From Flaccisagitta enflata (lineage: Eukaryota), in contig OZ231126.1 in NCBI GenBank assembly GCA_965153355.1, positions 27,838,001 to 27,902,000 on the forward strand: 64,000 bases of DNA. The letters run 5' to 3'. The position numbers were made by a program, and so were the translations under genes. The notes below the pieces were generated by a model. The model saw only the letters and a list, made by a program, of their open reading frames with translations. It was not told where the DNA came from and made no database searches. Shown here in pieces: positions 24,301-37,480 of the stretch; positions within the stretch are counted from its first letter, which is position 1; each line of letters starts with the position of its first letter.

Positions 24301-25949
24301 CACTCACTCTCTCTCTTTTTCTCTCTCTCTCTCACACTCTCTCACACTCTCTCTCTCTCTCTCTGTTTTTCTAGTATGTATATGTGTGAGTCTCTGTCTT
24401 TCTTTTCTTTCTCTCTCTCTCACAGAATAAAATGCAAAAGCTAGCGTCATAAAACTCAGGCTCAATTTGTGTAACATCCTGACTAATCTGTAGTGTTACA
24501 TAGAAGCCAAAAAATAGGATCAATGAAAAATCTCGATTTTTGCAAAAAAGCGAAAAAATAAAAGATTAAAAAATTCATAGCGCCAAAACTAATGATCATA
24601 GAGACTTCTGGTTGGCGCCATTTGAAAGAGAAAAATAAGCTCTTTCTTAGTTATGAATAAAAAAAAATGTATCATCCCAGTCAGGAAATGGCTCAACTTC
24701 CTCAAATGCCTCAAATCGAAAATGGAAGACCCGATTTCTCCCCTACGTTTCAAAAAGTCGAATTACGTAATTCGACTTTTTTCCAATGATCCCATCATTT
24801 GTCCTATGATAATTACTCGCGACTGACGCTAGCGTAAATACATTTCGGACCTGAAAATATTTCTTGAAATATTTGTATATATCGCGAGATTCTAATTTCT
24901 ATCTCGTCGCCTCCATCCTTGTGTGTTTTTCAAGATGTTAAAACAGATTTTTGACATTTTTCCAGCATAACTCCTCTTCTATTCTGGTGTTCCTTTTTTG
25001 TGGATTTGAGGAAACTGAGCCTCGTTCATATATGTTCATCTGGTATATTTTTGTTCAAATGTCTAACGGGGAAAATTGATTCAAAACTATGAATTATCTG
25101 GAAAAAAGTGTCTGCGATAAAAGGCCTGTAGCTCGTCATCCATTGAAGACGTCTCTCATTTTACGTACTTCTCAAGTTTTTTTCTAAATCGTCGTTTGGG
25201 ATCGAATGGATTTTTTATTTTAAAGAGACGTCGACAAGAATGAATCATATTCATGGAAATGAGTTGCCTCCACTTTCCCGCTGACTTTTCTTTTTGCGTC
25301 TCCGATCGAAGTCAGATTCTGTCTCGCGGGAGGTCGCCCAATTTCGCCTACCTTAACCAATTTTGCCTACCTTAACCAATTTTAACCTTCCCACTGCGGG
25401 ACGATAAAAGATAGTTTTCAGTTCTCTAAAAAGTTTGAGCTTTTTTAGCATTTGATGGTTTTATACTAAAATGATTCAATTGAGTTATGATTTAAAAAAA
25501 AAAGAACAGATAAGGAAATTAAACTAGGAACAAATAAGGTCCATAGACCAATGTTGCATGTGTTAGCACTCTCAGAAAAAGTTACGGGCTATAAGACTAA
25601 GTCAGGCAAACAAATTTGAACTAGCTGTCTGTTCTTCCAAAATGTAAAGACTATGAAACAACTTTTAAACAGACCAACAGACATACAGATGGACCGACAG
25701 ATAGCCTGACAGGTTTGGAGAGCTGACTGACTGACCAACAAGTGGTTATAGATGCTAAAAAACCTTTAAAAGTCTTTAATACCCAGGAAAAACCTTTGGA
25801 ATAACTTTGAGAGACAGGTGGACAGACCAATTGGAGGACTGACTGACCGACTGAAAAGTGGCTTAGACTATTGAGTCCCGTAGCACGTGACGTAAAGTAG
25901 GAACGACTGAGAAGTTTCTCACAACTCATAGCAGAAGAAGATTTGATTA

Positions 25950-26122
25950 CAGTAGGACTCCGCCTCATCGGTCCTATTAGGACTGAAGACTTTTTACCTT
26001 TATCTTAGGATAATCTTTATGGAGAGGTGAAATCACAAAAACTATCATTTGGGACTTCAAAATATTGACCTTCATTGATAGGGAACCTTTAAAAGCGAGG
26101 CTGTTATTGCGGGGTTCCACTG
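25950..26122. mobile_element. pogo/Tigger-like MITE
   Basis: TA|CAGTAGGACTCCGC...GCGGGGTTCCACTG|TA, ~173 bp like 1767-1940. Confidence 0.7.
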
Positions 26123-26132
26123 TATTTACAGC

Positions 26133-26464
26133 CAGGGTGGCAGAAACAGGGGCACACTTGGCACATTGTGCCTCGGAACTATAGCACAAAAGTCGGACTT
26201 ATAGATTTGATAATGGAAAAAAATTGGGGAAAAGAAGAAAAAAGTAGGCGTAAAATGGATAAATCAGAAGGATAAATAGGGTATTAGTTTTGATCACTTT
26301 TACTTTTGTTGTAAGAACTCTTAGTTTCCATGAATTGAAAAGAAAAATGCAGAAAACTAATAGTTTTATGCAATATTTTTATAATAATGGTTGATCTTTA
26401 AAAGTCGGACTTATAGCACTGTGAAACCTTGTGCCTTGGACCTATAGAATTTTCTGCCACCCTG
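26133..26464. mobile_element. hAT-like MITE
   Basis: TTTACAGC|CAGGGTGGCAGAAA...TTTCTGCCACCCTG|TTTACAGC, 8-bp TSD. Confidence 0.9.
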
Positions 26465-27250
26465 TTTACAGCATCCCATCTCGCAGTGCCGGGTCCCGTG
26501 TCCTAACAAGTTACTCTAACCACTTTTGAATTATTTTCTTTCCCCCAAGAAATAAAAGAAAAAAAAAATTCATTCTTTGGAAAATTAGTCATCAATAAAA
26601 TCGATCTTTTGACTCGATGACGAGCGACAAAAGACATTTCGCTCACTTTCGATGACATTTTCCCCTGATTTCAAAAGGACGATGTTGAGACACGAACACG
26701 GAATGCTCAAAATCACCACACGATCAGCTCTAACCCTGTCGTCAAGATTTGACGCATCCTGCTTTGTATTGTCCGAGCATCCAATCCTCTCGACAGGGTC
26801 CCTTGGTGTTCTTCCGAGGGAGTCGCCCTCTTTTTCTTGGCCATCCTTGTCGTCTGTCTTTCGCCACTTTCTGCATCGAGAGACGATGTTTGACAACGGG
26901 TCGGTAACTTCTTCCCCATCATTCCCTTTTGCGAGTACTCCGCCTGGTGCCTTCAATTTCGTTTAAATTCTCGTCATTTCAATCCGCCTTAGTGACGTGA
27001 TTTCTTTCAAAATTGTTAGTCTAGATTTTCAGTGGTGACGTCATTTGCGACGCCTCAAGGGGTCGCCAAACCCGTCAGAAGCGACGATATTTGCCAACAA
27101 TTTCGACGGAAGGGACCCAATTTTACAACCGTTTCCGACCGGCCAGTCAACTAGTCTTTCGAAATAGGACTCCTACCGTTTTCAGAAGGTTAAAATTCAA
27201 GCAATTCAATTTGTGCTTTTAAGTTTCCTTATCGCTAAAATCGCTACTCA

Positions 27251-27429
27251 TTTTTAGTCGCGGACAAGCGACTCTATAAGAGGCTTTGTCCGTCCGTCCG
27301 TTGGTTGGTCGGTTGGTTGGTTGGTCGGTTGGTCGGTCCGTGGTGATCGAGTTGGAATGTGTGAAAACGCGCATTTCCGCCCCTGCCCACCCGTCCGCGA
27401 CTGGTATTGGCCGTGTATCCGGCCTTGTT
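27251..27429 (+). mobile_element. HINE/DINE-1-like element, family A (other copies ~6306-6484, 11461-11725, 33555-33705, 37793-37993, 39298-39468, 46150-46392, 50301-50534, 53405-54243, 57025-57180, 60558-60715)
   Basis: TTTTTAGTCGCG..GCGACTCTA 5' hairpin, (GTCC/GTCG/GTTG)n microsatellite, CCCCTGCCCACCCG block, 3' GGCCGTGTATCCGGCCTTGTT hairpin; T-rich insertion sites. Confidence 0.8.
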
Positions 27430-28156
27430 CAAGATAAATCAAGGATATGGCGTACAATTGATGCTCATATTATGATTGTATTAGCAAACTTAAAAGGATG
27501 TATCGGACAGCTTTATTTAAAGCCAATGGAATTAAACACTGGCGAATTTGTTAAATTGTTTGTCGACTGTTTCAAGTTTTCAGCTATTTCACGTCCAAAA
27601 GGGGTACCTCGCCTTTCTGAACAAAAAGGACTGATCGTTTCTTATCGTTATCGCTCACGCTGAAACTCCGTCAATTTATCAGTCATCGCCGGATTAAAAT
27701 CAGATTTGATCGAAAAACATCGATCGATCGCGAATCTGGTATTTTAAAGGCATATCTTTATTTTCAAACTTCTTGGAAAAAATAAAAGCAAAGATTTATC
27801 ATGAAAATAGAGAATAACAATAAAGATTTATCATGATGGCTAAATCCAAGGGGCACTACGATCGCTTTGCCCCAACTGTGCTGTAAAACTAAAAAGGTCA
27901 AAACGTCGCTTCGATTTTGATTGGATTAAATAAATTCGTTGATTTCTTCGCTCTAGAATCTGCGTTTCATCCTCAAATTTATCCTTACCACGTCCAATGT
28001 GAGGTGGAACTACCCAAAATGGCGCGTAAAACATCTAGCGTATTGAGTGCATGACGCATGGCATACTGCATTGATTCAAAAATGTTACGCATGATGGATG
28101 CTTCCATCTTTACCAACCTCCACTGACACTTACCCTGAAATAAACGCTGAAACGAC

Positions 28157-28507
28157 CCGGGGTGCCGATTCAGGGTAGCAGGGTAGCAATGCTACGCGGC
28201 AGGACAGCAGCCAAGTGCGGCAGTGGCGGCATATCGTTGGGGTAACAAATCAAAATTGAGAAATGAGGATAAATAATAAAGAAAAATAAGAAGCAAAAAG
28301 TTGTTTTTGTGAGAAGTGGTATGCAAATTGAAATGAAAACCGAAATTATGTGGAGTAAAACCTATTTCTATCCTTATAAATTAGCAAAACAAATGTCAAG
28401 TAGGCTTCACAGGGCTAGTTTTAAAAGAAATCATAGGTAAAGGTAGTGCGGCAGCTTCGGTTGGAATTTTCTTGCTACGCGGCAGCTTAACAGAATCGGC
28501 ACCCCGG
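28157..28507. mobile_element. hAT-like MITE
   Basis: GAAACGAC|CCGGGGTGCCGATTC...GAATCGGCACCCCGG|GAAACGAC, 8-bp TSD. Confidence 0.9.
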
Positions 28508-28949
28508 GAAACGACAAAAACAAAAGTTATGAGAGTCTTTTTCCCTAATTTCCTCATTTTTCGCGTTTGAATGAGCTTTGTCGTCCGGCGCCAGACCTAA
28601 CGAGGGAAAAGAGAGGGAGATGTGAATCTGAAGTGCAAAAAAAAGGGATAAAGATTATCTCCATCGTCTTCTTCGGTTTGTTTTCTCATTTCGCGCTTCA
28701 CATTACGTCTTTCCCCCTTCTATATTTCTCGCCTGTTTTAAAAGGAGAAACTCGCGAAGTATTTGTTGATCCTGGATGGTTAGGAAAAAAAGGATAAAGA
28801 ACGGAGAAAAAATCAAATAACGAACAAATTTACTTTTTCTTCTCTGGAAAAAGAGAAAGATACATATCGTGCCAAAGGATCATAATAACGTGGTTACTCT
28901 TCACCTACTCTAATAGTTGGAAGACGCCTTTTTGTGCCCCTTTAATTCT

Positions 28950-29000
<51 letters not shown>

Positions 29001-29001
29001 C

Positions 29002-29165
29002 ATGGGTAACGGTTCCTCCTCCGAGTCCACCTCTTCTTACTCCATGGTTGTCCGCGATGCTGAATCTCCCTTTGCGCCTCCTCGCGGGGTTTTTCGGCGT
29101 CAGGGAGAGGGTGGCGTACATTTGGTCCGTCGATTCGATGGCGTTGCCGGGGAATTTCGCAAGAG
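29002..29165 (+). CDS. candidate alternative first coding exon (MGNGSSS..., N-myristoylation-type start)
   Basis: ACCATGG Kozak context after a (TC)n(AC)n tract. Donor AG|gtcgga is phase 2, matching the acceptor at 29450. Confidence 0.55.
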
Positions 29166-29449
29166 GTCGGATATGGATGTATCATAGGCTTTCATTTAAT
29201 GGGAATAGTCCACTGCTACTGAGCACCATAATTCACTTTATGTTCCACATCAAATGAATTGGTTTCTGTATTGGCTCTATTGCACATCCAGTTATCCACT
29301 CATTTATTTGTATTAATACCTTGTTTGAATAAAAAAATTGAAGATAATTTCGATTAAAAAGTTCTTTAAAGAGAGGAAAAAGATCGGGAAACCCTATATC
29401 TGAGCTACTTGCATCTTGATACATCCATTTCTGATCGAATGAAATTCAG

Positions 29450-30132
29450 CGTATCCAAATACGACGTGCGATTGGCGCAGCCTTCTATCGGCGGTCTCCC
29501 CGGCGTCTTCAAACGGACCGGAAGTTTCCTCGTCAATCCATACTCGACGCCGCAGTCACGCCTACGTGAGCGTCCATTCCAGTCAGCGTCTAATTTAGAC
29601 AATACACGAATGACCCCTTCACGATCTTCTTCCAGACACTCTTTCGTGTCGGCATTATCAGATGAACACGAATCTAACATCTCTCATTCGACGGCGGATG
29701 CGGAAGAGAATGACAACGATAAAAAGAAACAGGACAACAACAGCAAACACCAAAATCTCAATGACGATGACCATGACAACATCAACAATAACGCGTCGTC
29801 GTTCGACGTGCCCAATTCTCCATGTCCACGTTGCGTGGAAGAACTGAGCGCGCGTGCGCGCGATGATCGTACTTTCGTTTCATCATCTTCCCGCGCTCCG
29901 AAGCGTCGGAGAGACGACGGAAGCAAAGAGCGCAGACTTTCCGCTAGAAACGCGCTCTTCGATTCCGGGCGTCGTTTTCGCGGGAGGAAGGAGCAAAAGT
30001 CGAGTGAGGAGGAGGAGGAGGAGAGAGATGGAGATGCTTGTAGTTGCGCCAGTGAGTCGTCGTACCACACGGTGGCGGAGGAAGTCGATCTTTTCCCTTA
30101 TTTTGAGCTGGACCCGGCTTGGCTGCATCCCG
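29450..30132 (+). CDS. low-complexity exon linking 29002 to the 35863 exon
   Basis: aattcag|C ... CCCG|gtaacc, phase 2-1, inside ORF 29409-30155. The phase-1 donor fits the acceptor at 35863. Confidence 0.6.
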
Positions 30133-32245
30133 GTAACCACAATTATTCTCAATAAATGCTTCGCGATTAAATGTTGGTCTTAATAGTATCACTAGTCATC
30201 GTGATATGGAATTAATGTTATGGAAGATGAGGCGTCAAACAGTCAGTGAAGAGTGCATAGTTATAATTAGCCAATGATACATCCCACACTTCGAAAGACT
30301 TCGGAAGAAGCCTCATGAAAATTCCATGTCATGAGACTTTGCTTGGTGTTCACCAATATTATGGAGAAGGTCAGAAAAATAGGGGCAAAAAAATCTGTAT
30401 TGTAGGAGTACAGTAAATGACTCCTAAAGTTAATGCACAAATAGTATCTTTTCTAGTAAAATTCATTTGAATCTGATTGTTTAATTGCCTACAGGGGCTT
30501 CTTTCCCAATGCCTTACTTGTTCTTATCATGTCCCAGAGCATTGAAATACTAGTCCTTCTTGTCCTAGATTTGTTCCAGATTTGTCCTGAAGTTGTCCTA
30601 AAAGTATATGTAGCTCATTCAAAAATATCAAGAAAATTCCCTTTTAACCAAAAATATTTTTGAAAAATGTTTTAGTTTTAGCAAAATTGTCCTAGATTTG
30701 TCCTAGACTTGTCCTACAATTATCCTAAACTTGTCCAAAATTATATCTCTTGTCCTAGAGTTGTCCAAGGCTTGTCCTAATTGTCCTAAAGTTGTGCAAA
30801 ATTTAGCATTGAGTTGCCTATAATCTTTTAGTAGAATTTTTATTCACTAACTCCAAGATATGAAGAAAATTCTTTTTCAGCCAAAAGTTTTTTGAAAAAT
30901 GTTCATTGATTCTACTAGAATTGTCCCAGAATTGTCCCAGAGTTGTCCCAAAGATGTCCCAGAGTTTACCTGAAATTATCCTTGAATTGTCTCAGTTGTC
31001 CTAAAGTTGTCCAGATATTTTCCTACTTAACCTTAGGTTCAACACATTATGATAATGTTATGCCAGTTTCCCCAGAGTTGCCTTAGACCTAAGAAATATT
31101 TTTCCTACAAATGTTTTAAATTTGTCCTGGAGATGTCCTAAAACTGTCAAACAGCTGTCCAAAATGGTTTTTTTTCATGTTTGAAAGTTTACAGATCTGA
31201 TTGAGTAAACATAATAATGTTCAGTACTTGTCTCGCCTCATATTAATCCTCAAGCCTCATATGCTCTCTTAGAACTCTATATTCTAAAATCAGCCTTTTG
31301 GGCAGCGGCCCCAAAGAGGAAAAACTTTTGTTGAATGCAGGGGATTTTTGTTTGTTTATTTGTTTATTCTTTTGTTCATTTGTCCCCCCAGATCCTCTTA
31401 GGCCTGAAATCTGCCCTCTTAGATTCAAGGCCTGAGAGGGCAGATTTCAGGCCTGAGAGGGCAAATTTCAAGCCTGAGAAGGCCTAGGGGGACAGACGGA
31501 CAAACAAGGAATAAATGAACAATAGTCCTCAGTGTTCAACAGGACTTCATCCCCTTTGCTTTGGGGCCGCTGCCCTGCCTCTGATTCTGATTTACCACCA
31601 TGCAAAGCAGGCCAACGGGTATCACTGACCACATAATGCCCTTGGGCAACCTGTTTAAGCCTCTTTATCAGCTTCATGAGGCTGGTGTCTGAACCTTCAG
31701 GATATGATTTGGGCTTTGAGGCTAAAATTTAAGCCTCAAGACTGGGATTGGGCATATGTCTGAAAGCATAGGCTATTGACCCCTTCAGGGGAGCTGCTCT
31801 GCTTCCTTTTTGGGCAGCGGCCCCAAAGGGGTCAATGTCCTATGCTTTTACACATGTGGGGAATTTTCTTCTCCTCCTCCTTTCCTCCTTCTCTTTCTTC
31901 TTCTTCTTTATCCCCCCCTTCAAATCCTAGTCTCAAATCCTAGTCTCAAAGCCCAAATCCTAGCCTTGAGGCCCATATCCTAATCTCAAAGCCCAAATTA
32001 AGCCTCGAGGCCCAAATCCAAGCCTCGAGGCCCAAATCCATGCCTTGAGGCCCAGATCTCAGCCTTTAGGCCCAAATCTCAGCCTTGAGGTCCATATTTC
32101 AGCCAAGAGTCCCAGATCCCAACCTCAAGAGGAGGAGGCGAAAATCCCCATATGTGTGAAAGCATAGGTCATCGACCCCTTCAAAGCCACTGCCCTGCCT
32201 CCGCTTCAACTTCAAACACAACCTACTTAGGAAGGGCATGCATAC

Positions 32246-32890
32246 TAGCTTGTACCGAAATGACAATAAACAATAATATCAGAATTCTACAAGTAGTTCT
32301 TGTTGTGGGGCTGTCTTGGGCTTCTAATGACATCAATTTCAGTTTGAAAATTTTGCATCTTGCTGTCCGCGCCTTACCTTGAAATTTCCTTTAGCCTATA
32401 GGAAACCAAAAAATTCAAGTTACTAAAATATCATTTTTGACTGCAGATTTGAAATCTGCATGAAAAACTGATAATTGAAAGTGCTCTTCTTTTTTCAAAA
32501 TTCCTTCGGGATCATAGTCAAATTTCATCTTAAAGATATGACAAAAAGGTAAGTTCGGCGATTTTACAAAGAAATAAAAGAGAAAGGTAAGTTTTGCAAA
32601 CTTCAACGCTTATTTTGAGCATCTTCTTGTTGGAATATTGAAAAAAGGAAAGCACTTTCAATTAACAGTTTTTGCTGCAGATTTCAAATCTGCAGTCAAA
32701 ACAGATATTTAAGCACTTTGAAATTTTTGGTTTCCCATAGAGGTAGGTTTTACCAAGGGTAAGATGCGGAAAGCTTAAAGTAGGATTTGAGTGGCAAAAC
32801 TGATCTTAACAGGAGCCCAAGACAGCCCCACAGCATAAAGTGCATGTAGAATGCCAAATTTATCACTTTCTGTCATTTAGGTACAAGCTA
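32246..32890. mobile_element. hAT-like palindromic element (related copy 50649-51673)
   Basis: ATGCATAC|TAGCTTGTACC...GGTACAAGCTA|ACGCATAC (7/8 TSD). Interrupts a family-B HINE. Confidence 0.75.
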
Positions 32891-34120
32891 ACGCATACTG
32901 CTGACCATCTGACGCTTTTGCAATTATTAACATCGAGCACAACTTACTCAGGCAGATCATGGGTACTGCTGACCATCTTTTGCTTTTTGAACTATTTGCT
33001 TTCCACACCTGTGTACAAGTAAGGTCATCAATCCCTTTGGGGCTGCTGCTCCCTCCCTCAAATTATATTATTAACTACCTAAGTAATAGAATGGACACAA
33101 AGTGGGTGTTTGAAAGAAAAATCATTTTCAAGCACTTTTCATATTCCATTTGTATGATTAAAGCCCAATCTACTTGGAAAATTGATTTGGATATGATCTA
33201 GGAACTTTGTCATCAATGCTGTAGTTGTATAGAATGTCTATGGAAGAAATTTCTCTCAAAACTCCAGCAATTAATTCTTCACCACTACAGCATTGATGAC
33301 TGAGTGCCTAGATCAAGTCCAAATTGATTTTCTGATTAAACTTACTTTTTAATTATGCTTATGTTTGGAAATAAATTTTCATTTGAATGCCCTTGTTAAG
33401 CTCCTCCTATTGAGTAGAGCATCTGACGCTATTTCCCTTATTGAGCTTTAAAAAATTGAGGATCCTGATTGATCTTTCCCTGTTTAATCAAATACCAAAT
33501 ACTTTCTTTTTTTTGATTAGTTAATGAGGCATCCTTTCATCGTTCTTGTGAATGCAGGGGCCGTATTTGAGGTCACTTGATCACTTGGGCAGGAGCAGTG
33601 AGGCCATAGACCGCACCCAAAAAAAGAAGTGTGACGGACGGACCAATGGACCAACGGACGGACCGACAAAGCGGGGTGTAGAGTCGCGTAGCACGAGATT
33701 AAAAATATAAATACCCAGCCCACTGTTAATCTGTTTAGCCTGCAAAAATTGTAAGGAGCGGACCTGACAGGCCAAAAAAAACAAAACACTGATATCAGGT
33801 TTGATAATTCCCGTGTGCAGTCTGAGACTAAACTTTTAGACCAGATAGAAATTTGCAGGGCTTCAGAGCTGTTTTAAGGGCTGAGAGGCAGATCAAAGGT
33901 CTAAAGGGCAAGCTTCAGGGTATTAGGCATGGAGGGCAGACTTATGCCCCAGAAGGGTTATTTGAAGCTCAAAGGGCTAGATTAGTGTTTGGAAGGACTA
34001 GTTTGAGGGCTTGGAGACCAAAAAATCATGCCTGGGAGAACTATTTGAAGTCTCAATATGGAAGGAAGACAAACTGATGGATGGACAGACAGATTGACAG
34101 ATGTTGAATAATCACCCAGG

Positions 34121-34532
34121 CAGGCCTGATTTTAGAGCAAGCCCGCGAGCCTGATACTCACTATTTTGCTCTTGGGCTCTCATGTTTTGCAAGCTCTGAG
34201 CCCGGCTGGCTCTCTGTCATTGATGAGATGTATTCAGAGTGCTCAAGCTGATTGAATAAAATATATGAAAAATCATCAAGTTGAATCGTTTTTCTATTTT
34301 TTCACAAACTACTAAATGATATTCAAATTATGGATGCATTACAATGTCTATAACATGGTGACTATTTTATCATCACATAAAATCATAGCTGCTTTTACAA
34401 AGCTTAGCTGATATGATTGCAAGATTTGGCATAACATTTTTACCAGGCTCATGGTTTTCTTCTCGGGCTCTGTCAAAATGTGAGGAGCGAGCCCGACTGG
34501 CTCAGTGAAAAGAATGACTAAAATCAGGCCTG
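34121..34532. mobile_element. MITE with CAGGCCTGATTTTAG termini
   Basis: 15-bp perfect TIR; TSD degenerate. Confidence 0.65.
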
Positions 34533-35111
34533 CTCCTGGGTATTTTACAGGACATTGACCCTAAGAGACCAGTTTGAGGCCTGCATGAGGTCTTATGGGA
34601 TGGAGACAAAGAGTGACCAACAAATGAGGCCTAAGAGGTTCGATTATCCAAAGAAAAGTTTGAGGGCAAATGTATAAACAGACATTTTGACAAAAAAGCT
34701 CAATTGCAGGACATTTACTTATCGGAAGATGCTGAGACAAGTATTGAACAACTTCATAAAGTATTAACTAAAACCACTCAGTGAATTTTCAAGCAACTTT
34801 CCAATGCTCAAAAGGCAACATTTGAACAACTGGTGGACACCTGTGGACAACTTTGGAAAATTCTACTAAAAGATTAAGAGGCAACTTAGAGGTTGGCACA
34901 ACTTTGGGACAACTTTTTTTTATTTCAGGACAATTAGGACAAGCCTTGGACAGCTCTAAGACAAGTGATATGTTGTAGGACAAGTTTAGGATAATTCTAG
35001 GACAAGACTAGGACAAATTCTAGTATAATTTTGCTAAAACTAATAAACATTTTTCAAAAATATTTTTGGCTAAAAAAGAATTTTCTTGATATTTTGGAAT
35101 GAGCTACATAC

Positions 35112-35450
35112 TAGGGTGACCAAAAGTGTGGTCAAATTCGAATTTCATCTTCCTTGCGGGAGAAACGTGAACATTTCCATAACAGATGATGACCCTAAAA
35201 TCTGGTGATGATAAGATAAAGTTTACTCATGACCGCCACTCCCATCATATCCCATAGAATATGCATGGGAAGGATTCTGGTCTTATTGCAGCCCTATGTT
35301 TTACAATAGGAAAAGGGGTTGGGTGGCGGTCATGAGTAAATTTTATCTGATCATCACCAGATTTTAGAGTCATCATCTGTGGTGGAAATGGACACATTTC
35401 TCCCGCGAGGAACACTAAATTCGGATTTGACCATACTTTCAGTCACCCTA
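35112..35450. mobile_element. hAT-like palindromic MITE
   Basis: CTACATAC|TAGGGTGAC...GTCACCCTA|CTACATAC, 8-bp TSD. Empty site visible in the left arm near 30605. Confidence 0.9.
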
Positions 35451-35862
35451 CTACATACACTCTTAGGACAACTTCAGGACAAATCTGGAACCACTCTAGG
35501 ACAACAAGGACTAGTATTTCAATGCTCTGGGACATGATAAGAACAAGTAAGGCATTGGGAAAGAAGCCCCTGTAGGCAATTAAACAATCAGAATCAATTG
35601 AATTTTACCAAAAAAGATACTATTTGTGCATTAACTTTAGGAGGCATTTACTGTACTCCTACAATACCGATTTTTTTTCCCCTATTTTTCCGACCTTCTC
35701 CATAGTATTGGTGAACACCATGCAAAGTCTCATGACATGGTATTTTCATGAGGCTTTTTCCGAAATCTTTCGAAGTGTGATCCAGTTCGCCACAAAAACA
35801 GGCACTCTACATAGCAAAGTTGTGAGACAATTGACATCGATGGGTAATTTATCGTGTTTCAG

Positions 35863-35931
35863 ATACGACTTCTTTGGAGGCGGACGCCCAGTCGACGGCA
35901 TCCTCTGAGAATCTTTCCGTCAGTAACAAAG
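35863..35931 (+). CDS. tail exon DTTSLEADAQSTASSENLSVSNK (probably CARMIL)
   Basis: gtttcag|AT...AAAG|gtgata, 69 nt, phase 1-1. Confidence 0.6.
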
Positions 35932-36140
35932 GTGATATGATTTGTTTGCCTGTCGCCCTTGTCTGCATGTCTCCCTTCAAACACTTTCCTTATTCTATTT
36001 TAGGCTACTGTGGTTGTTGAAATGTCCGATGGCCGTGAAAATTGTTCTTTTGCTTTTAGTGGTATGCTGCGCGTCTCTACATCCTGCCCTTTTCTATCAC
36101 TGCCCCTGCCTACCCGCACGCGACTAGGGTAGCCGTGTAA

Positions 36141-36723
36141 CAGGGTGAGCAAAAAATTTCGTACTTGGTCTATAGCTTGAAAACCATACTTGTAATGGGA
36201 GTTATGAGTTGAAATTTGAACCAGAGTATCTCAGTTAGTCATACTAAAAGTAGAAACTAAGAACAGCTGATAAAATTTTCATGAATGGCCATGACATGTA
36301 CTTAAGAAAAAACAGAAAATCAGATTTTGACATGATTTTATTTGCAGAACTGTATTTTTCATAAAATGAAGGTTTTTGCAACTTGATTGGCCCCTAGATG
36401 GATTCTTTGAGAATAAATGCATCAAGGGGAGTTAGTTAGGTCATCTAAGAGGGGTTTCAGTTAACAAAAGTGATATATCAATCAAATTTAGATAAAAGAT
36501 AAATGTTTTTTCATCAAAATATGGATTCTTTTGTGACTTTATATTTACGTCCCTATTGGTCTCAAAACGTATTAATCTGTCTACCATTCATCATTTTTCC
36601 TTATCTAAAGTATGAAAAATAACCTAGTATTTAATTTTAAACATTAACTTGAAAGAATTTCTCTAAATCTTGATGTCTTTTCTATAAATATGATGGCTAG
36701 TACGAGATTTTTTGCACACCCTG
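36141..36723. mobile_element. mariner-like MITE
   Basis: CAGGGTGAGCAAAAAATTTCGTACT...AGTACGAGATTTTTTGCACACCCTG. Confidence 0.75.
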
Positions 36724-36759
36724 TTATAAACTGATTGCTCGTTACCTTGTTACCCACTA

Positions 36760-37380
36760 CCAGCCAAAACACGGAATGAGTTGAGGTAGAATGGTCGTCT
36801 CTCACTTTGTTAGTTTTTGGGTTATTGTAGTGTGTACAATATAAATCTAAAGGAAAATCACTTTTGGGGCGGTTTTTAAAATATATGCAAAAATGGTGCA
36901 AATTTAGTACATTTTTCATCATAAATCTTTGTGGTGATGTTTTCCGGTATTTTTGACTGCAGATTCGGATTCAGCGAGTGGTTTGTGATTTGATTGATAT
37001 GTCACACTATATAGTTTTGAAAAAGAAATAGAAAGTTAGTTTTTTCATTACATTGCTATGAAATACATATATTTTTAATGATTTTATAAAAGAATAAGCT
37101 TATACTTCTTTTTCAAAAGTATATAGTGTGACATATCAAACGAACCGCAAGCCACCAACTGAGTCCAAATCTGCGGTCAAAAATACTAAAATAAATCATC
37201 ACAAAGAGTTATGATGAAAAATGTACTAAATTTGTACTATTTTTGTATATATTTCAAAAAGCGCCCCAAAAATGATTTAGCTCTTTTCAGATTTGTATTA
37301 TGCACACCCCAAGGATTCAAAACCTATCAGAGTTGTAGACGATCATTTCAAGTCAACTCATTCCTTTGGAACCAGCTTGT
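36760..37380. mobile_element. palindromic element (ends approximate)
   Basis: GGAATGAGTTGA...TCAACTCATTCC arms; mirror ORFs 36644-36922(-) and 37211-37402(+). Confidence 0.7.
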
Positions 37381-37480
37381 TATGTGTATTTCAAAAGTAT
37401 GATTATAAGTCCACCCTACTTGTTGACACACATTGCGACATAATGGTAAATTGTATTGATTGTATTGTTTACTTTTGCAG

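Larger units (their letters stand above)
30285..35779. mobile_element. 5.5-kb Chapaev/CMC-like non-autonomous element with long TIRs and nested insertions
   Basis: ATCC|CACACTTCGAAAGA...TCTTTCGAAGTGTG|ATCC (CAC ends, 4-bp TSD). Arms of several hundred bp carry TTGTCCTAGA-type subterminal repeats. Confidence 0.85.

Noticed and set aside
26652-26966. 104-aa plus-strand ORF as another alternative first exon
   Set aside because: Only a weak donor (G|gtgcct) and no homology; insufficient support.
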